In this document: positions 39,387-49,050 of the stretch, piece after piece
How positions within the stretch are numbered: the stretch's first letter is position 1
Layout of the letters: every line of letters begins with the position of its first letter
Assembly (NCBI GenBank): GCA_030525825.1
Contig: JAUNDZ010000006.1
Location: 12,039 to 76,038, forward strand
Origin: Moraxella sp.
Lineage (GTDB): Bacteria; Pseudomonadota; Gammaproteobacteria; Pseudomonadales; Moraxellaceae
Direction: 5' to 3'
DNA length: 64,000 bases
Position numbers and translations under genes: made by a program
Notes under the pieces: model-generated
What the model saw: the letters and a program-made list of their open reading frames with translations, nothing else
Databases searched by the model: none
What the model was told of the DNA's origin: nothing

Positions 39387-40274
39387 TTATAACAAATCCC
39401 AATTATCTCTGGCAGGATAGACGACTTTGGGCGTGCTTGGTCGCTCGGTGTCTTGAAGTGTGGCTTGAAGTTGTTTGCTGCGGTTCACCAAAAAGTCAAG
39501 CAAGTGGTTGCGAATGCGGTAGTAGCCTTGGTCATGATGTATATGCTCACGAGTGCGTGGGTGGGGCAGGGTGTTTACCACGATTTCTGCCAGCACGGCT
39601 TGGGGTCCATTACTCATCAAAAAAATGCGATCTGCCAATAAAATCGCCTCGTCGATGTCGTGGGTAATCATAAAGACGGTTTGCTGAGTTTTTTCAATGA
39701 TGCTCACCAGCTCATCTTGAATGTTGCCACGAGTCAAAGCATCCAACGCCCCAAACGGCTCATCCATCAGCAACATCTTAGGTTCGGTGGCGAAGGCACG
39801 AGCGATACCGACTCGCTGCTTCATACCGCCAGACAGCTCGGACGGCATTTTGTTTTTGGCGTGTTCAAGACCGACCAAAGAAAGATAATGATGGATTTTT
39901 TGTTCTTTTTCGGCTTTTAAGATGCCTTTAAAACGAGCATCGATGGCAAAGCCGATGTTGTCCGCCACGCTCAGCCAAGGCAGCAAGGCGTGCGATTGAA
40001 ATACCACCCCACGCTCAAGACTTGGGGCGACCACTTCCACCCCTTCCATTAAAATTTGTCCGCCTGTTTGTTTTTCAAGACCTGCTAGGGCATTTAAAAT
40101 GGTGGATTTACCACAGCCAGAGTGTCCGATAAGACAGATAAATTCGTTCTTTTTGATGTCAAAATTGACATTTTCAAAGACATTGGGAGCATCTTTGGCA
40201 TAGCGTTTTGACAGATTTTTGACGCTGATTAGTACGGTGTCATCGCTGGTGTTATTTGTATGATTATTCAACAT
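39387..40274 (-). CDS. Nitrate/cyanate/bicarbonate-type ABC ATP-binding protein (NrtD/CynD-like)
   Basis: [49 protein letters not shown]. Confidence 0.9.
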   Translation of the reverse strand: MLNNHTNNTSDDTVLISVKNLSKRYAKDAPNVFENVNFDIKKNEFICLIGHSGCGKSTILNALAGLEKQTGGQILMEGVEVVAPSLERGVVFQSHALLPWLSVADNIGFAIDARFKGILKAEKEQKIHHYLSLVGLEHAKNKMPSELSGGMKQRVGIARAFATEPKMLLMDEPFGALDALTRGNIQDELVSIIEKTQQTVFMITHDIDEAILLADRIFLMSNGPQAVLAEIVVNTLPHPRTREHIHHDQGYYRIRNHLLDFLVNRSKQLQATLQDTERPSTPKVVYPARDNWDLL

Positions 40275-41142
40275 AGCTTACCTTCTTTTGTAATAATGCA
40301 AACAGCCAGTCCAAAATCATGCCAACCACACCAATCAGCAATACCGCAAAGATGACATTGACGATGGATAGGTTGTTCCACTGATTCCACACAAAATAGC
40401 CAATCCCTGTGCCACCAACCAACATCTCGGCAGCAACGATGACCAGCCATGCAATGCCCATGGAGATTCTCATGCCTGTAACGATGGTGGGAGCGGCGGC
40501 AGGCAGAACGATTTTTTTGGCGGTGGTCAGTGCATCGACTTCCAAAGTTTTGGCGACATTTTTCCATTCACGGCGAACCGATGCCACACCAAATGCGGTG
40601 TTTGTGAGCATTGGCCAAATCGAGCAGATAAAGATGACAAAAATGCTCGATAGGTTGGAGTCCTTGATGGTATAAAGAGCGATGGGCATCCATGCCAGAG
40701 GCGAGATGGGTTTGAGCAGTTGCACAAAGGGTGAGATTGCCTTATTGAGCACCTGACTCATGCCGAGTATATAGCCTAAGGGAATGGCAACCAATGCCGC
40801 CAACAAAAATCCAAGCAAGACACGCGCGATGGAATACCCAAGCTGAATGCCGATGCCTTTATCGTTAAGACCTTTATCATAAAAAGGGTCGGACAAGTGT
40901 TCGACAGCCGTTGTAGCAAACCGTTTTGGACTTGAAAAATCCGTCTCTTGGCTGGCAATGACCGCCCCTGCTGGTGTATGTTCTGGGATATTGCCCATCA
41001 AAACTTCGTATTCTAAGGCGATGGGGTCGGTGGGTGCAACAACTTGCTTAGGCAAGGTAGCAATTTGCCACACACCGAGTGTGGTCAGCACCAGCAAGGC
41101 GGTGATGAGATATGCTTTAAATTGCGTTTTATTTTTTGACAT
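40264..41142 (-). CDS. Nitrate/cyanate-type ABC permease (NrtB/CynB-like)
   Basis: [49 protein letters not shown]. Confidence 0.9.
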   Translation of the reverse strand: MSKNKTQFKAYLITALLVLTTLGVWQIATLPKQVVAPTDPIALEYEVLMGNIPEHTPAGAVIASQETDFSSPKRFATTAVEHLSDPFYDKGLNDKGIGIQLGYSIARVLLGFLLAALVAIPLGYILGMSQVLNKAISPFVQLLKPISPLAWMPIALYTIKDSNLSSIFVIFICSIWPMLTNTAFGVASVRREWKNVAKTLEVDALTTAKKIVLPAAAPTIVTGMRISMGIAWLVIVAAEMLVGGTGIGYFVWNQWNNLSIVNVIFAVLLIGVVGMILDWLFALLQKKVSYVE

Positions 41143-41177
41143 AACAAGAACCTATAAAGTGGACATCACACCGGCAT

Positions 41178-42557
41178 TCATGCCTTATGCCCAATCGCAA
41201 ATGAATTGACATACTCATCAGGTCGGCTGGCATCAAAAGGTTTGCCCATGACGATGATGGATTTTTCGTCAGCAAATTCATAGCCCATTTGTTGCATTTG
41301 TGTTTTGGCATCGGTCAATAAAAAGACCTCTTGAGCCAATTTTTGATAATCCACTTCGCCTGTCAAATAGCCCCAACGCTTCATCTGTGTGAGCATCCAC
41401 ACCGCCAAAGATTCCCATGGCATCGCATCAAAGCCTGTGCGGTCTGGCACATCTTGCACTTTACCCACCCCATCGGCAAAGCGTCCTGTTAGGCTTTGGC
41501 GAATGACCAGCTCGGGCTGGTTTAGGTAGTTGGCAGGCGATAGGATTTTGGACAGCTCTTTTTTGGTGCTGGGGTCGTTTGCCATCACATTTGCCTTTAA
41601 AATGGCTCGATACATGGCAAGAAAGGACTGGGGATTTTCGCTGATAAAACTCTGTGAAGTCCCAAAACTACAACATGGATGACCATTCCAAATATCACGG
41701 CTTAGCGTATGAATGTAGCCTGCTTTATCCCAGACGGCACGCTGATTGAAGGGTTCAGGACCAAAGAAACCATCGATGTTACCTGCTTTTAGGTTGGCAA
41801 TCATGTCGGGTGGGGTGGTGAGTCGCAGTTTGACATCTTTGTCAGGGTCTAGCCCATGCTCTGCCAAGAAGTAACGAAGCAGATAGTTGTGAATGGAATG
41901 CTCAAATGGTATGGCGAAAGTCATGCCACGCCAATTTCTTGGGTCTTGATTGTCTTTGTGCTTTAAGGACATGACGAGTGCTTGACCATTGACATTTTGG
42001 ATGCAGGCGACTTTCATGTCTTGCTTGGCAGAGCCTAGACCCAGACTGATGGCAAGTGGCATGGGAGCCAAGAAGTGTGTTGCATCCAACTCACGATTCA
42101 TCATCTGGTCTCGCACCAATGCCCAGCCTGCTCGCTTGACCAGCTTGGCATGAATGCCTTGTTCAGCATATAGCCCCAAGGGGTCTGCCATGATGAGTGG
42201 TGTGGAGCAGATGATGGGAATAAAGCCGATGGTTAGCTCTTTTTTCTCAGGTCTTAGCTTGTCGGCAGCAGCAGCTTCTTGTAGGGCGGATAATGGCAAC
42301 AAGCTACTGATGACCGCCATAGCAGCACTTGCCCCAACGGTCTTTAAAAAGGCTCGGCGAGTCGGCTCATGAGGAAATAAAGCACGCATGGCTGCAGCTT
42401 CGATGGCATCGCTTGCCACTTGCTCTGTCTGCGAATCGATGCCGACTTTGGTGTTGAGTGCGGCAAAATGCTCATCACAGGCGGTCTGACTGTGGTGCTT
42501 GCCACAGGTGCAACCAAGCTGTGAGTTTGGGTCGTAGGGGCTAAATATATTTGTCAT
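41178..42557 (-). CDS. CmpA/NrtA/CynA family substrate-binding protein with Tat signal
   Basis: TRRAFLK twin-arginine motif, IGFIPIICSTPL, NGQAL, HNYLLRYFLA..GLDPDKDV, PEPFN, WNGHPCC. Confidence 0.88.
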   Translation of the reverse strand: MTNIFSPYDPNSQLGCTCGKHHSQTACDEHFAALNTKVGIDSQTEQVASDAIEAAAMRALFPHEPTRRAFLKTVGASAAMAVISSLLPLSALQEAAAADKLRPEKKELTIGFIPIICSTPLIMADPLGLYAEQGIHAKLVKRAGWALVRDQMMNRELDATHFLAPMPLAISLGLGSAKQDMKVACIQNVNGQALVMSLKHKDNQDPRNWRGMTFAIPFEHSIHNYLLRYFLAEHGLDPDKDVKLRLTTPPDMIANLKAGNIDGFFGPEPFNQRAVWDKAGYIHTLSRDIWNGHPCCSFGTSQSFISENPQSFLAMYRAILKANVMANDPSTKKELSKILSPANYLNQPELVIRQSLTGRFADGVGKVQDVPDRTGFDAMPWESLAVWMLTQMKRWGYLTGEVDYQKLAQEVFLLTDAKTQMQQMGYEFADEKSIIVMGKPFDASRPDEYVNSFAIGHKA

Positions 42558-42602
42558 AATACAGTCGCATAACAAGACAATACGCAGCGGCGGTGTTGAT
42601 TG

Positions 42603-43964
42603 TCATTGAGGTGATTTTAATAGAGCTTTGGCGATGATTTGATTGTCGCTGTGTAGTTCTAGCGACAGCTCATCCGTTTCATCTTTGATGATACGCCAGT
42701 CGCCATCTGCTCGTGGATTGCCATTGGCAGTAACATTGATGCTCTTGTTTTTTAGGCGAATCATGGGCGGCTTATGCTCATAGCCTGCATGGGACAGACC
42801 CAAGATTTCGTGAGCGATGGCGGTCGCTTGGGCTCGGTGTGGGGCGACATAGCGACAGGGTGTGCCATCGATGCTGATGCAGTCGCCCAATGCATAGATG
42901 TGAGGCACGCTCGTTTGCAAGGTTTTTGGGTGTACAGCGATGCCTTGTCTTGGGTCAAATGCCACGCCCGCTCGGGTGGGTAGGCGACCTTCTATAATGA
43001 GACCTGTCGCCACGATGATTTCATCAGCGTGTAGCGTGCTTTGGCTGTTGTCGGTGCAGTCTAATAAAGCGATGTCATAGCCTACACCTGTTTGACTGCG
43101 ATGAACTTCTTTAACCATGCTCATACCAAGCCAATTTACCCCCTTGTTTTTGATGGCACGCACAATGCGTTCGCCAGCAATTTTTGGTAAAAATGCCGAC
43201 AATGGACGAGGGCTGACATCAATCAAACTAACCTGATGACCTGCATTGATGAGGTCTTCAGCAAGCTCAGTACCTACCATGCCTGCCCCAACGATGACCA
43301 GATGTTTTGGGGTGTCTAGGCGAGCTTGCAAACCGCTGAATCGTTCAAGATTATTGACATGCCACGCCATCGATTTGTCAATGGTCGGCGGATAGGCAGG
43401 GGTTGCACCGATGGCAAGCACCAAATCGTCATAATCAACATTGCCACGAGTGGTATGCACTCTTTGGGCGGTGGTGTCAATGTGTGTTACAAAGGTGTGC
43501 GATAGCAGTCGAATGTGTGCGTCTGTCGCTGACTGAGTCGCCAAGGTGCGAATAAGGTCTTGGGTGGTCTTGCCTTGGGAGATGGCGACAGATAGCATGG
43601 GTTTGTGATAGCGGTCGCCTGAGTCTGAGCAGATGAGCGTGATGGGCAAGTCCTTATCCAATGCACGCAAGGCATCCACCATGCTCCAACCTGCCAAACC
43701 TGCACCGATGACGACCACGCCTTTTTTGTGGCTATCGAAGATGGGCGATACGATGGCGTGCTCGTCTGGCGTTTCGTAATAAGGCTCAAAGTCGCTTTTT
43801 TTGACGCCGCACAGAGGGCATTGCCAATCATCAGGAATGTCTTCAAAGCGTGTACCAGCAGGTAAACCATCTTCTGGGTCGCCAAATTCTTCATCATAAA
43901 TATAACCGCAAGCTAGGCAGATAAATTTTCGCCATTCGCCTTTTCCATCGGTGGGCATTGTCAT
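42603..43964 (-). CDS. Rubredoxin fused to FAD/NAD(P)H-dependent reductase (RubB/NorW-like)
   Basis: [10 protein letters not shown]...[11 protein letters not shown] rubredoxin; GAGLAG, YHKPMLS, GAGMVG, YALGDC reductase motifs. Confidence 0.9.
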   Translation of the reverse strand: MTMPTDGKGEWRKFICLACGYIYDEEFGDPEDGLPAGTRFEDIPDDWQCPLCGVKKSDFEPYYETPDEHAIVSPIFDSHKKGVVVIGAGLAGWSMVDALRALDKDLPITLICSDSGDRYHKPMLSVAISQGKTTQDLIRTLATQSATDAHIRLLSHTFVTHIDTTAQRVHTTRGNVDYDDLVLAIGATPAYPPTIDKSMAWHVNNLERFSGLQARLDTPKHLVIVGAGMVGTELAEDLINAGHQVSLIDVSPRPLSAFLPKIAGERIVRAIKNKGVNWLGMSMVKEVHRSQTGVGYDIALLDCTDNSQSTLHADEIIVATGLIIEGRLPTRAGVAFDPRQGIAVHPKTLQTSVPHIYALGDCISIDGTPCRYVAPHRAQATAIAHEILGLSHAGYEHKPPMIRLKNKSINVTANGNPRADGDWRIIKDETDELSLELHSDNQIIAKALLKSPQ

Positions 43965-44046
43965 AATGATACCTAAATTTGAGTGTAAAAAGTAAAATGC
44001 CCAAGCCGACAGTTTTTATATGCCATGCTTTTTGGGCGTGGTTGTT

Positions 44047-45150
44047 TTAACGAACGGTAGGCTCACTCATCAGTTGGTGTGAAAGATAGCGTAGATGTTT
44101 AATCGCAGGAGTAACGATGGCGACAAACTGTGCCTCACGCAGGCGACGCTGCGGTGCTGATGTCATCAAGTAGCCTTTGGCACCTTGGTGGAGCATGGCA
44201 GCTTGAGTGGCTTTTAGGCTAAGCAGTCCGCCTTGTGTTCGCACATCAAGCACATCCAAGAAAAAGTCCTGATGCGTCTCAAAAGGGGTCTTGGCAAGTT
44301 CAAGTGTGCGTGCTATCAAGTGGTCAAGCTCTTGGCTTAATGTCGCTGCTCGGTCTTCTAAAAAAGCGTTGCTTACTGCTGTGCCTTCTTTGATGTCATC
44401 AATCGCCCCCATGATGATGCCTGCACCGATGCCCATCTGCATGAGTACGAATGCACCACGAATGCGTTTGATGAACTCTTTGCACGGCATGGCGATGATG
44501 TCATCTGCACTGATGGGATAGTCATTCAGCTCAATTCGCCATGTGCTAGAGCCTTCCATGCCAGAGAAAGTTGGGCAGGCGTGCAGCTGCCATTTGCCAG
44601 CACGCTGGGTGTCAAATCTTAATAAAAAGAACAGCTCATCATCACTGCCATCGATTTTGGCAACCGCACCGCAGTATTGATTTGCAGCGATGTGGCTAAT
44701 CCAAGGCAAGATGCCTGAGATGGTGTAGCCTTGCCCGTCTTTTTTGGCGACAAGACGCATGGTTTCGATGTTTGCCCATGTCTTCATGGGGTTGGATAGG
44801 GCAGTGCCACCAAAGGTGTTGGCGATGATGTGTTCAGGTAGGACGCTGTTTTTGAGTGTGTCATTGTCCGACTGGTCAAGATACAGCCCCATGACCTGAT
44901 GACACCAAGTCAAAAATGAAGTCGTGCCGCACACATGACCAACCTGAGCATTAGCCAATATCGCCAAATCCAGTCGGTTGCCATAGGCATTGAGATGGGG
45001 GGCGAATAGACCTGCCTTGCCCAACGCCGACATCTCGGCTAGTGGATAATAGCCTTTATCGATGTCTAGCACTTTTGGGCTAAGTTCTGTGTCGGCAAGG
45101 GTTTTGATGTTGGTTAAGAAAGACGCTTGGTCGCAAAAATCAAACTTCAT
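44047..45150 (-). CDS. Acyl-CoA dehydrogenase-superfamily flavoprotein of unknown substrate
   Basis: GGTALSNP (cf. ALTEP), YTISG..PWI (cf. NG.K.WI), HQGAKGY...RRLREA (cf. GG.GY...R.RDA). Confidence 0.78.
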   Translation of the reverse strand: MKFDFCDQASFLTNIKTLADTELSPKVLDIDKGYYPLAEMSALGKAGLFAPHLNAYGNRLDLAILANAQVGHVCGTTSFLTWCHQVMGLYLDQSDNDTLKNSVLPEHIIANTFGGTALSNPMKTWANIETMRLVAKKDGQGYTISGILPWISHIAANQYCGAVAKIDGSDDELFFLLRFDTQRAGKWQLHACPTFSGMEGSSTWRIELNDYPISADDIIAMPCKEFIKRIRGAFVLMQMGIGAGIIMGAIDDIKEGTAVSNAFLEDRAATLSQELDHLIARTLELAKTPFETHQDFFLDVLDVRTQGGLLSLKATQAAMLHQGAKGYLMTSAPQRRLREAQFVAIVTPAIKHLRYLSHQLMSEPTVR

Positions 45151-45535
45151 AATAAACTCTTGGTGTGATATGTTCAATCCAAAATTTGGAGTTAAAAAAT
45201 GGCGTTTTGTAAAAATGCTTAAAATCATCTCATCTGGTTCAAACCCTGATGGATAATAAGTCTGTCAGGTTTTTTAACACAGGTAATTTTTTTTATGTCG
45301 CCTTGTCAATATAAAAAGCAGGCACGCCCAATCAATAAAAATTTTGGCGTTATTCTAAAAAATACTAAAAAAATGCCAATATATTATAATTGTGATGAGA
45401 TGAATGTACATTATTCTATTTTGGAATATTTAATAATTTTTTTTGCATATAGGGTGTTGCATGAGTGTCGATTTGCAATTTTCCAACTCGTCCCCATTTA
45501 GCCATCATCCATTTATCCTAAAAAGAAGCAATCTT

Positions 45536-46426
45536 ATGACCGACAAAACCCAAACCATCGACCAATACCGCCAGCGGTTTTTTATTGAGCAGTCGCCTGT
45601 GCGTGGCGATGTGGTACGCTTAACGGACGCCTATCAGACCGTCATCGCCAAGAAAAATTATCCGACTGCCATCAAGGCACTCTTGGGCGAGATGTTGGTT
45701 GCCGCAAGTCTGCTGATTGGCACTCTAAAAATTAACGGCAGACTGTCTGTGCAGCTACAATCATCAGACGAGAGCAGTCCCTTATCATGGGCGATGGCAG
45801 AGTGCGACCACACAGGGTGCGTGCGTGCACTGGCAGGCTTTAAAGATGATGAAGTATGGCAAGGCATCAGCACCAGCCGTCAAGCGTTCGGTAAGCTGGG
45901 TCAAGGCGTGCTGTTCATCAGCATCCACCCAGAGCGTGGCGAAGCGTATCAAGGCATCGTGGAGCGTGTGAGTGATGATTTGGCGGAGTGTTTGGCACAC
46001 TATCAAAAACAATCCGCCCAGATTCCCACCTTGCTAAAACTTGCCACCAGCGAGACGGCAGCAGGCGGGATTTTGGTGCAGCTGTTGCCACAGACGGACG
46101 AAGACCGTGAAAATGACCCAGACCTATGGGAGCGTATGAGTGCCCTGACTTCGACCGTCAAGGCAGATGAGCTGACCGAGCTTGGTGCCGATGAGATTTT
46201 GTACCGCTTATATCACGAAGAAGAAGTGGTGATTCCTGATGCCAATCCGCTTAGCTTTGGTTGTACTTGCTCAGCTGAAAAAAGCGAAGGGGCGATATTG
46301 CAATTAGGACATGAAGAAGCCCTGCACGCCCTAGACGCACACGGTGGCGTGCTTGCTCTTGATTGTGGTTTTTGTGGGCAGTCGTATCAGTTCGACGAAC
46401 GCAAAATCAATGAGTTGTTTGTGTAA
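45536..46426 (+). CDS. hslO: Hsp33 redox-regulated chaperone
   Basis: YQGIV, QSAQIPT, AGGILVQLLP, CTCS...CGFC zinc motif. Confidence 0.94.
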   Translation: MTDKTQTIDQYRQRFFIEQSPVRGDVVRLTDAYQTVIAKKNYPTAIKALLGEMLVAASLLIGTLKINGRLSVQLQSSDESSPLSWAMAECDHTGCVRALAGFKDDEVWQGISTSRQAFGKLGQGVLFISIHPERGEAYQGIVERVSDDLAECLAHYQKQSAQIPTLLKLATSETAAGGILVQLLPQTDEDRENDPDLWERMSALTSTVKADELTELGADEILYRLYHEEEVVIPDANPLSFGCTCSAEKSEGAILQLGHEEALHALDAHGGVLALDCGFCGQSYQFDERKINELFV

Positions 46427-46433
46427 ATTTAAA

Positions 46434-46458
46434 GTAGGGGTGAAAGATTGTTCGCCCC
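46434..46458 (+). repeat. GTAG-type REP
   Basis: GTAGGGGTGAA-AGATTG-TTCGCCCC just after the hslO stop. Confidence 0.6.
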
Positions 46459-46505
46459 TTGCGATTTTCCTTAGAGTTAAAAAAATTTGGTGGCATGACA
46501 CCAAT

Positions 46506-46538
46506 AAAAAAAGAGCGACTTGAAACGCTCTTTTTTTG
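46506..46538. terminator. Bidirectional terminator
   Basis: AAAAAAAGAGCG-ACTTGAAA-CGCTCTTTTTTT between convergent genes. Confidence 0.8.
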
Positions 46539-46561
46539 TGTGAAATTGTCGATATGGCACG

Positions 46562-47269
46562 CTAGGCGGTCGGTGGCACATAGCGTTTGTGCTTATTGAT
46601 GTGGTTTTCAAAGAGTCTAAACCCAATCATCAAAATCCACGCAAGCAGCAGATAAATGATGCCAGCGGCGGTGTACATCTCGATGTGCATGTAGTTCTTG
46701 GCGGCAAGATTTTTGGCGGTATAAGTCAGCTCCGCCAGCGTGAGAGACGCTGCCAAGGCACTGCCTTTTAGGATAAAGATGACTTCGTTGCTGTACGCAG
46801 GAATCATGATGCCAAAGGCACGGGGCAGCACGATGCGGCGTACTTTTTGGGCGTTGGACATACCGATGGCATCAGCCGCTTCCAGCTCGCCCTTAGGAAT
46901 GGCAGTGATAGAACCCCTGACAATCTCAGCGATATAAGCGGCGGTATTTAGGGTAAAGGCGATGATGGCACACCAGTAGGCTTTGGAGAACACAGGACCC
47001 CAAAGAAAACTTTCTTTGATAAAATCAAACTGCCCAAGCCCCTGATAAATCAAGAAAATCTGAATCAGTAGCGGTGTACCACGAAAAAAGAAAATATAGG
47101 CAAAGGGCAAAGCCTTGACCCACAGATGGCTAGATGAACGCAGCAGCCCCAAAACCACACCTAAAATAAGCCCAAAAAAACACGACAATACCACCAGCTC
47201 AATGGTCAGCACCGATGCTTGTAGCATGGTGGGCAGTTGGTCGGCGACAGCACCCCAGTTTAGACTCAT
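46562..47269 (-). CDS. Polar amino-acid ABC permease (HisM/ArtM-like)
   Basis: FFRGTPLLIQ, AYIAEIVRG, EAA motif, PAYSNEVI. Confidence 0.9.
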   Translation of the reverse strand: MSLNWGAVADQLPTMLQASVLTIELVVLSCFFGLILGVVLGLLRSSSHLWVKALPFAYIFFFRGTPLLIQIFLIYQGLGQFDFIKESFLWGPVFSKAYWCAIIAFTLNTAAYIAEIVRGSITAIPKGELEAADAIGMSNAQKVRRIVLPRAFGIMIPAYSNEVIFILKGSALAASLTLAELTYTAKNLAAKNYMHIEMYTAAGIIYLLLAWILMIGFRLFENHINKHKRYVPPTA

Positions 47270-47988
47270 GCTTGCCCCCCTTTGTGTTTAATCAGCGATT
47301 TGGCGTAGCGAGCAGCAGGGTTAGCACGCCATTCAAAATGGGTCAATAGCAAAGTAACAACGGTGGTCAATGCCAGATAGATGAGTGCTGCAACGATATA
47401 AAAAGTAAATGGCTTTTGGGTGGTTTGGGCGGCACGAGTGGCATAATACATCAAGTCTTGTAACCCAATCAAAGAAACCAAGGCGGTGTCTTTTAATAGT
47501 ACCAGCGTCAGATTGCCAAGACCAGGCAGGGCAACCAACCACATCTGTGGCAAGATGATGCGTCTGACGGTCTGGGCAGGTTTCATGCCAAGACTTTGGG
47601 CGGCTTCCCATTGACCTTTTGGGATGTCTTGGATTGCCATACGAAATACTTCGGTCGCATAAGCACCAAACATCAAGGACAATGCCGCCACACCTGCCCA
47701 AAATTTGCTCAAATCGGTACGACCTGTATACCCCATCTGAGTGGCGATGAGCTGTAAGATGGCTTCGCCCCCAAAGTACACAAAAAACACCATGAGCAGC
47801 TCAGGCACGCCACGCACCACCGTCGTATAGATGTCAGCGATACGCTGCAAAATCCAGATGCCAGACAGCTTAGCACCTGCACCCATCAGACCAAAGAGCA
47901 AACCAAACACCAAGCTGGTCGCCCCCAGCTGAATGGTCAGCCATGTACCTTTTAATAAAATCGGACCGTAGCCGTGTAAATCAAACAC
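47266..47988 (-). CDS. Polar amino-acid ABC permease (HisQ/ArtQ-like)
   Basis: YTTVVRGVPEL, GAYATEVFR, GQWEAA, LKDTALVS; GTG start. Confidence 0.9.
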   Translation of the reverse strand: MFDLHGYGPILLKGTWLTIQLGATSLVFGLLFGLMGAGAKLSGIWILQRIADIYTTVVRGVPELLMVFFVYFGGEAILQLIATQMGYTGRTDLSKFWAGVAALSLMFGAYATEVFRMAIQDIPKGQWEAAQSLGMKPAQTVRRIILPQMWLVALPGLGNLTLVLLKDTALVSLIGLQDLMYYATRAAQTTQKPFTFYIVAALIYLALTTVVTLLLTHFEWRANPAARYAKSLIKHKGGQA

Positions 47989-48204
47989 AAAAATGCCTTA
48001 CTAAAAAAGACCAAAAAACCAATGATAAAACAATCGGAATAAAAAACGGCTTGGGCGTTAATTGAGCAATTAACAAGCCTAAACCGTCTATTTTAACAAA
48101 ATTTTGGGTTTCGTGAAATGCTTATTTTAAGATTTGTGCAACAATGCAAGACGCCACCAAGCGACAAGCAAGGCTTCATCGTGCGTCTTGATTGGTTTAT
48201 TGGT

Positions 48205-48996
48205 TTATTGCGGCAGCATTTCTTTACCAAAGTGCTTGATGACAATCTCATCATAAGTGCCATCTGCTTTGATGTCGGCTAAGGCTTTGTTGAATTTGTC
48301 CGTAAGCTCGGTATTGCCTTTGTTGATGGCGATGGCGAATTTGTCATTGATGTCAATTTCGCTGCCTTTGATTTCAAAGTTTTTGCCGATGTCGCTTTTT
48401 AGCCAAGTTAGGGCGGGCAGCTTGTCTGACACCATGACATCAACACGACCATTGTTCAAGTCCAAAAACGCACCATCTAGCGTGCTGTGCAACTGTGGTT
48501 TGACACTTGGGTGGGTGCTGCTTAGCCATTGACTGGCGATGGTTGAGCCTTGTGCGGTGATTTTGGCGGCTTCAATCTCGCTGGCGTTGGTAGGGTCAAA
48601 TGCCTTGTCTTTATTGGCGATGAATACCAAAGTATTGGCAAAATAAGGCTCGGTGAAGTCCACCTGTTCTTGGCGTTCTGGCGTTACCGACATGGATGAG
48701 ACGATGGCGTCATATTTGCCTGCTTTTAGGGCAGGAATGATGCCTTCCCAGTCTTGTGGGCTGATGGTGCATTCGGCTGCCATCTTGGCACATAGGGCAT
48801 TGGCGATGTCCACATCAAAGCCGCCAAGCGTGCCATCGCTGTTGGTGTGGTTAAATGGGGCGTACGCACCTTCGGTGGCGATGCGAATGGTATCGGTTTG
48901 GGCTTTGTCGTCTGTTTTGGCGTCATTGCCACAACCTGCAAGACCAAGCAGGGCAAGGCTTGCACCCATGGCAAGTGCGATGCGTTTGATGTTCAT
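48205..48996 (-). CDS. Amino-acid ABC substrate-binding lipoprotein (family 3)
   Basis: Lipobox LAGC; ATEGAYAPF, GFDVDIA, QDWEGIIP, VDFTEPYF. Confidence 0.9.
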   Translation of the reverse strand: MNIKRIALAMGASLALLGLAGCGNDAKTDDKAQTDTIRIATEGAYAPFNHTNSDGTLGGFDVDIANALCAKMAAECTISPQDWEGIIPALKAGKYDAIVSSMSVTPERQEQVDFTEPYFANTLVFIANKDKAFDPTNASEIEAAKITAQGSTIASQWLSSTHPSVKPQLHSTLDGAFLDLNNGRVDVMVSDKLPALTWLKSDIGKNFEIKGSEIDINDKFAIAINKGNTELTDKFNKALADIKADGTYDEIVIKHFGKEMLPQ

Positions 48997-49050
48997 GATA
49001 AATCCTTTAAAAAAGTGTGGGTACACCCAATCGGCATGCCCACCAAAGAC

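Noticed and set aside
39387-42557. Simple assimilatory nitrate uptake locus
   Set aside because: No nitrate/nitrite reductase or NasST/NasR regulator is adjacent, so the substrate cannot be assigned from family alone
45151-45535. Riboswitch or sigma-54 promoter upstream of the ACAD/rubredoxin operon
   Set aside because: Only an imperfect hairpin (~45241-45273) and short AT-rich palindromes; no TGGCAC-N5-TTGC and no recognisable aptamer
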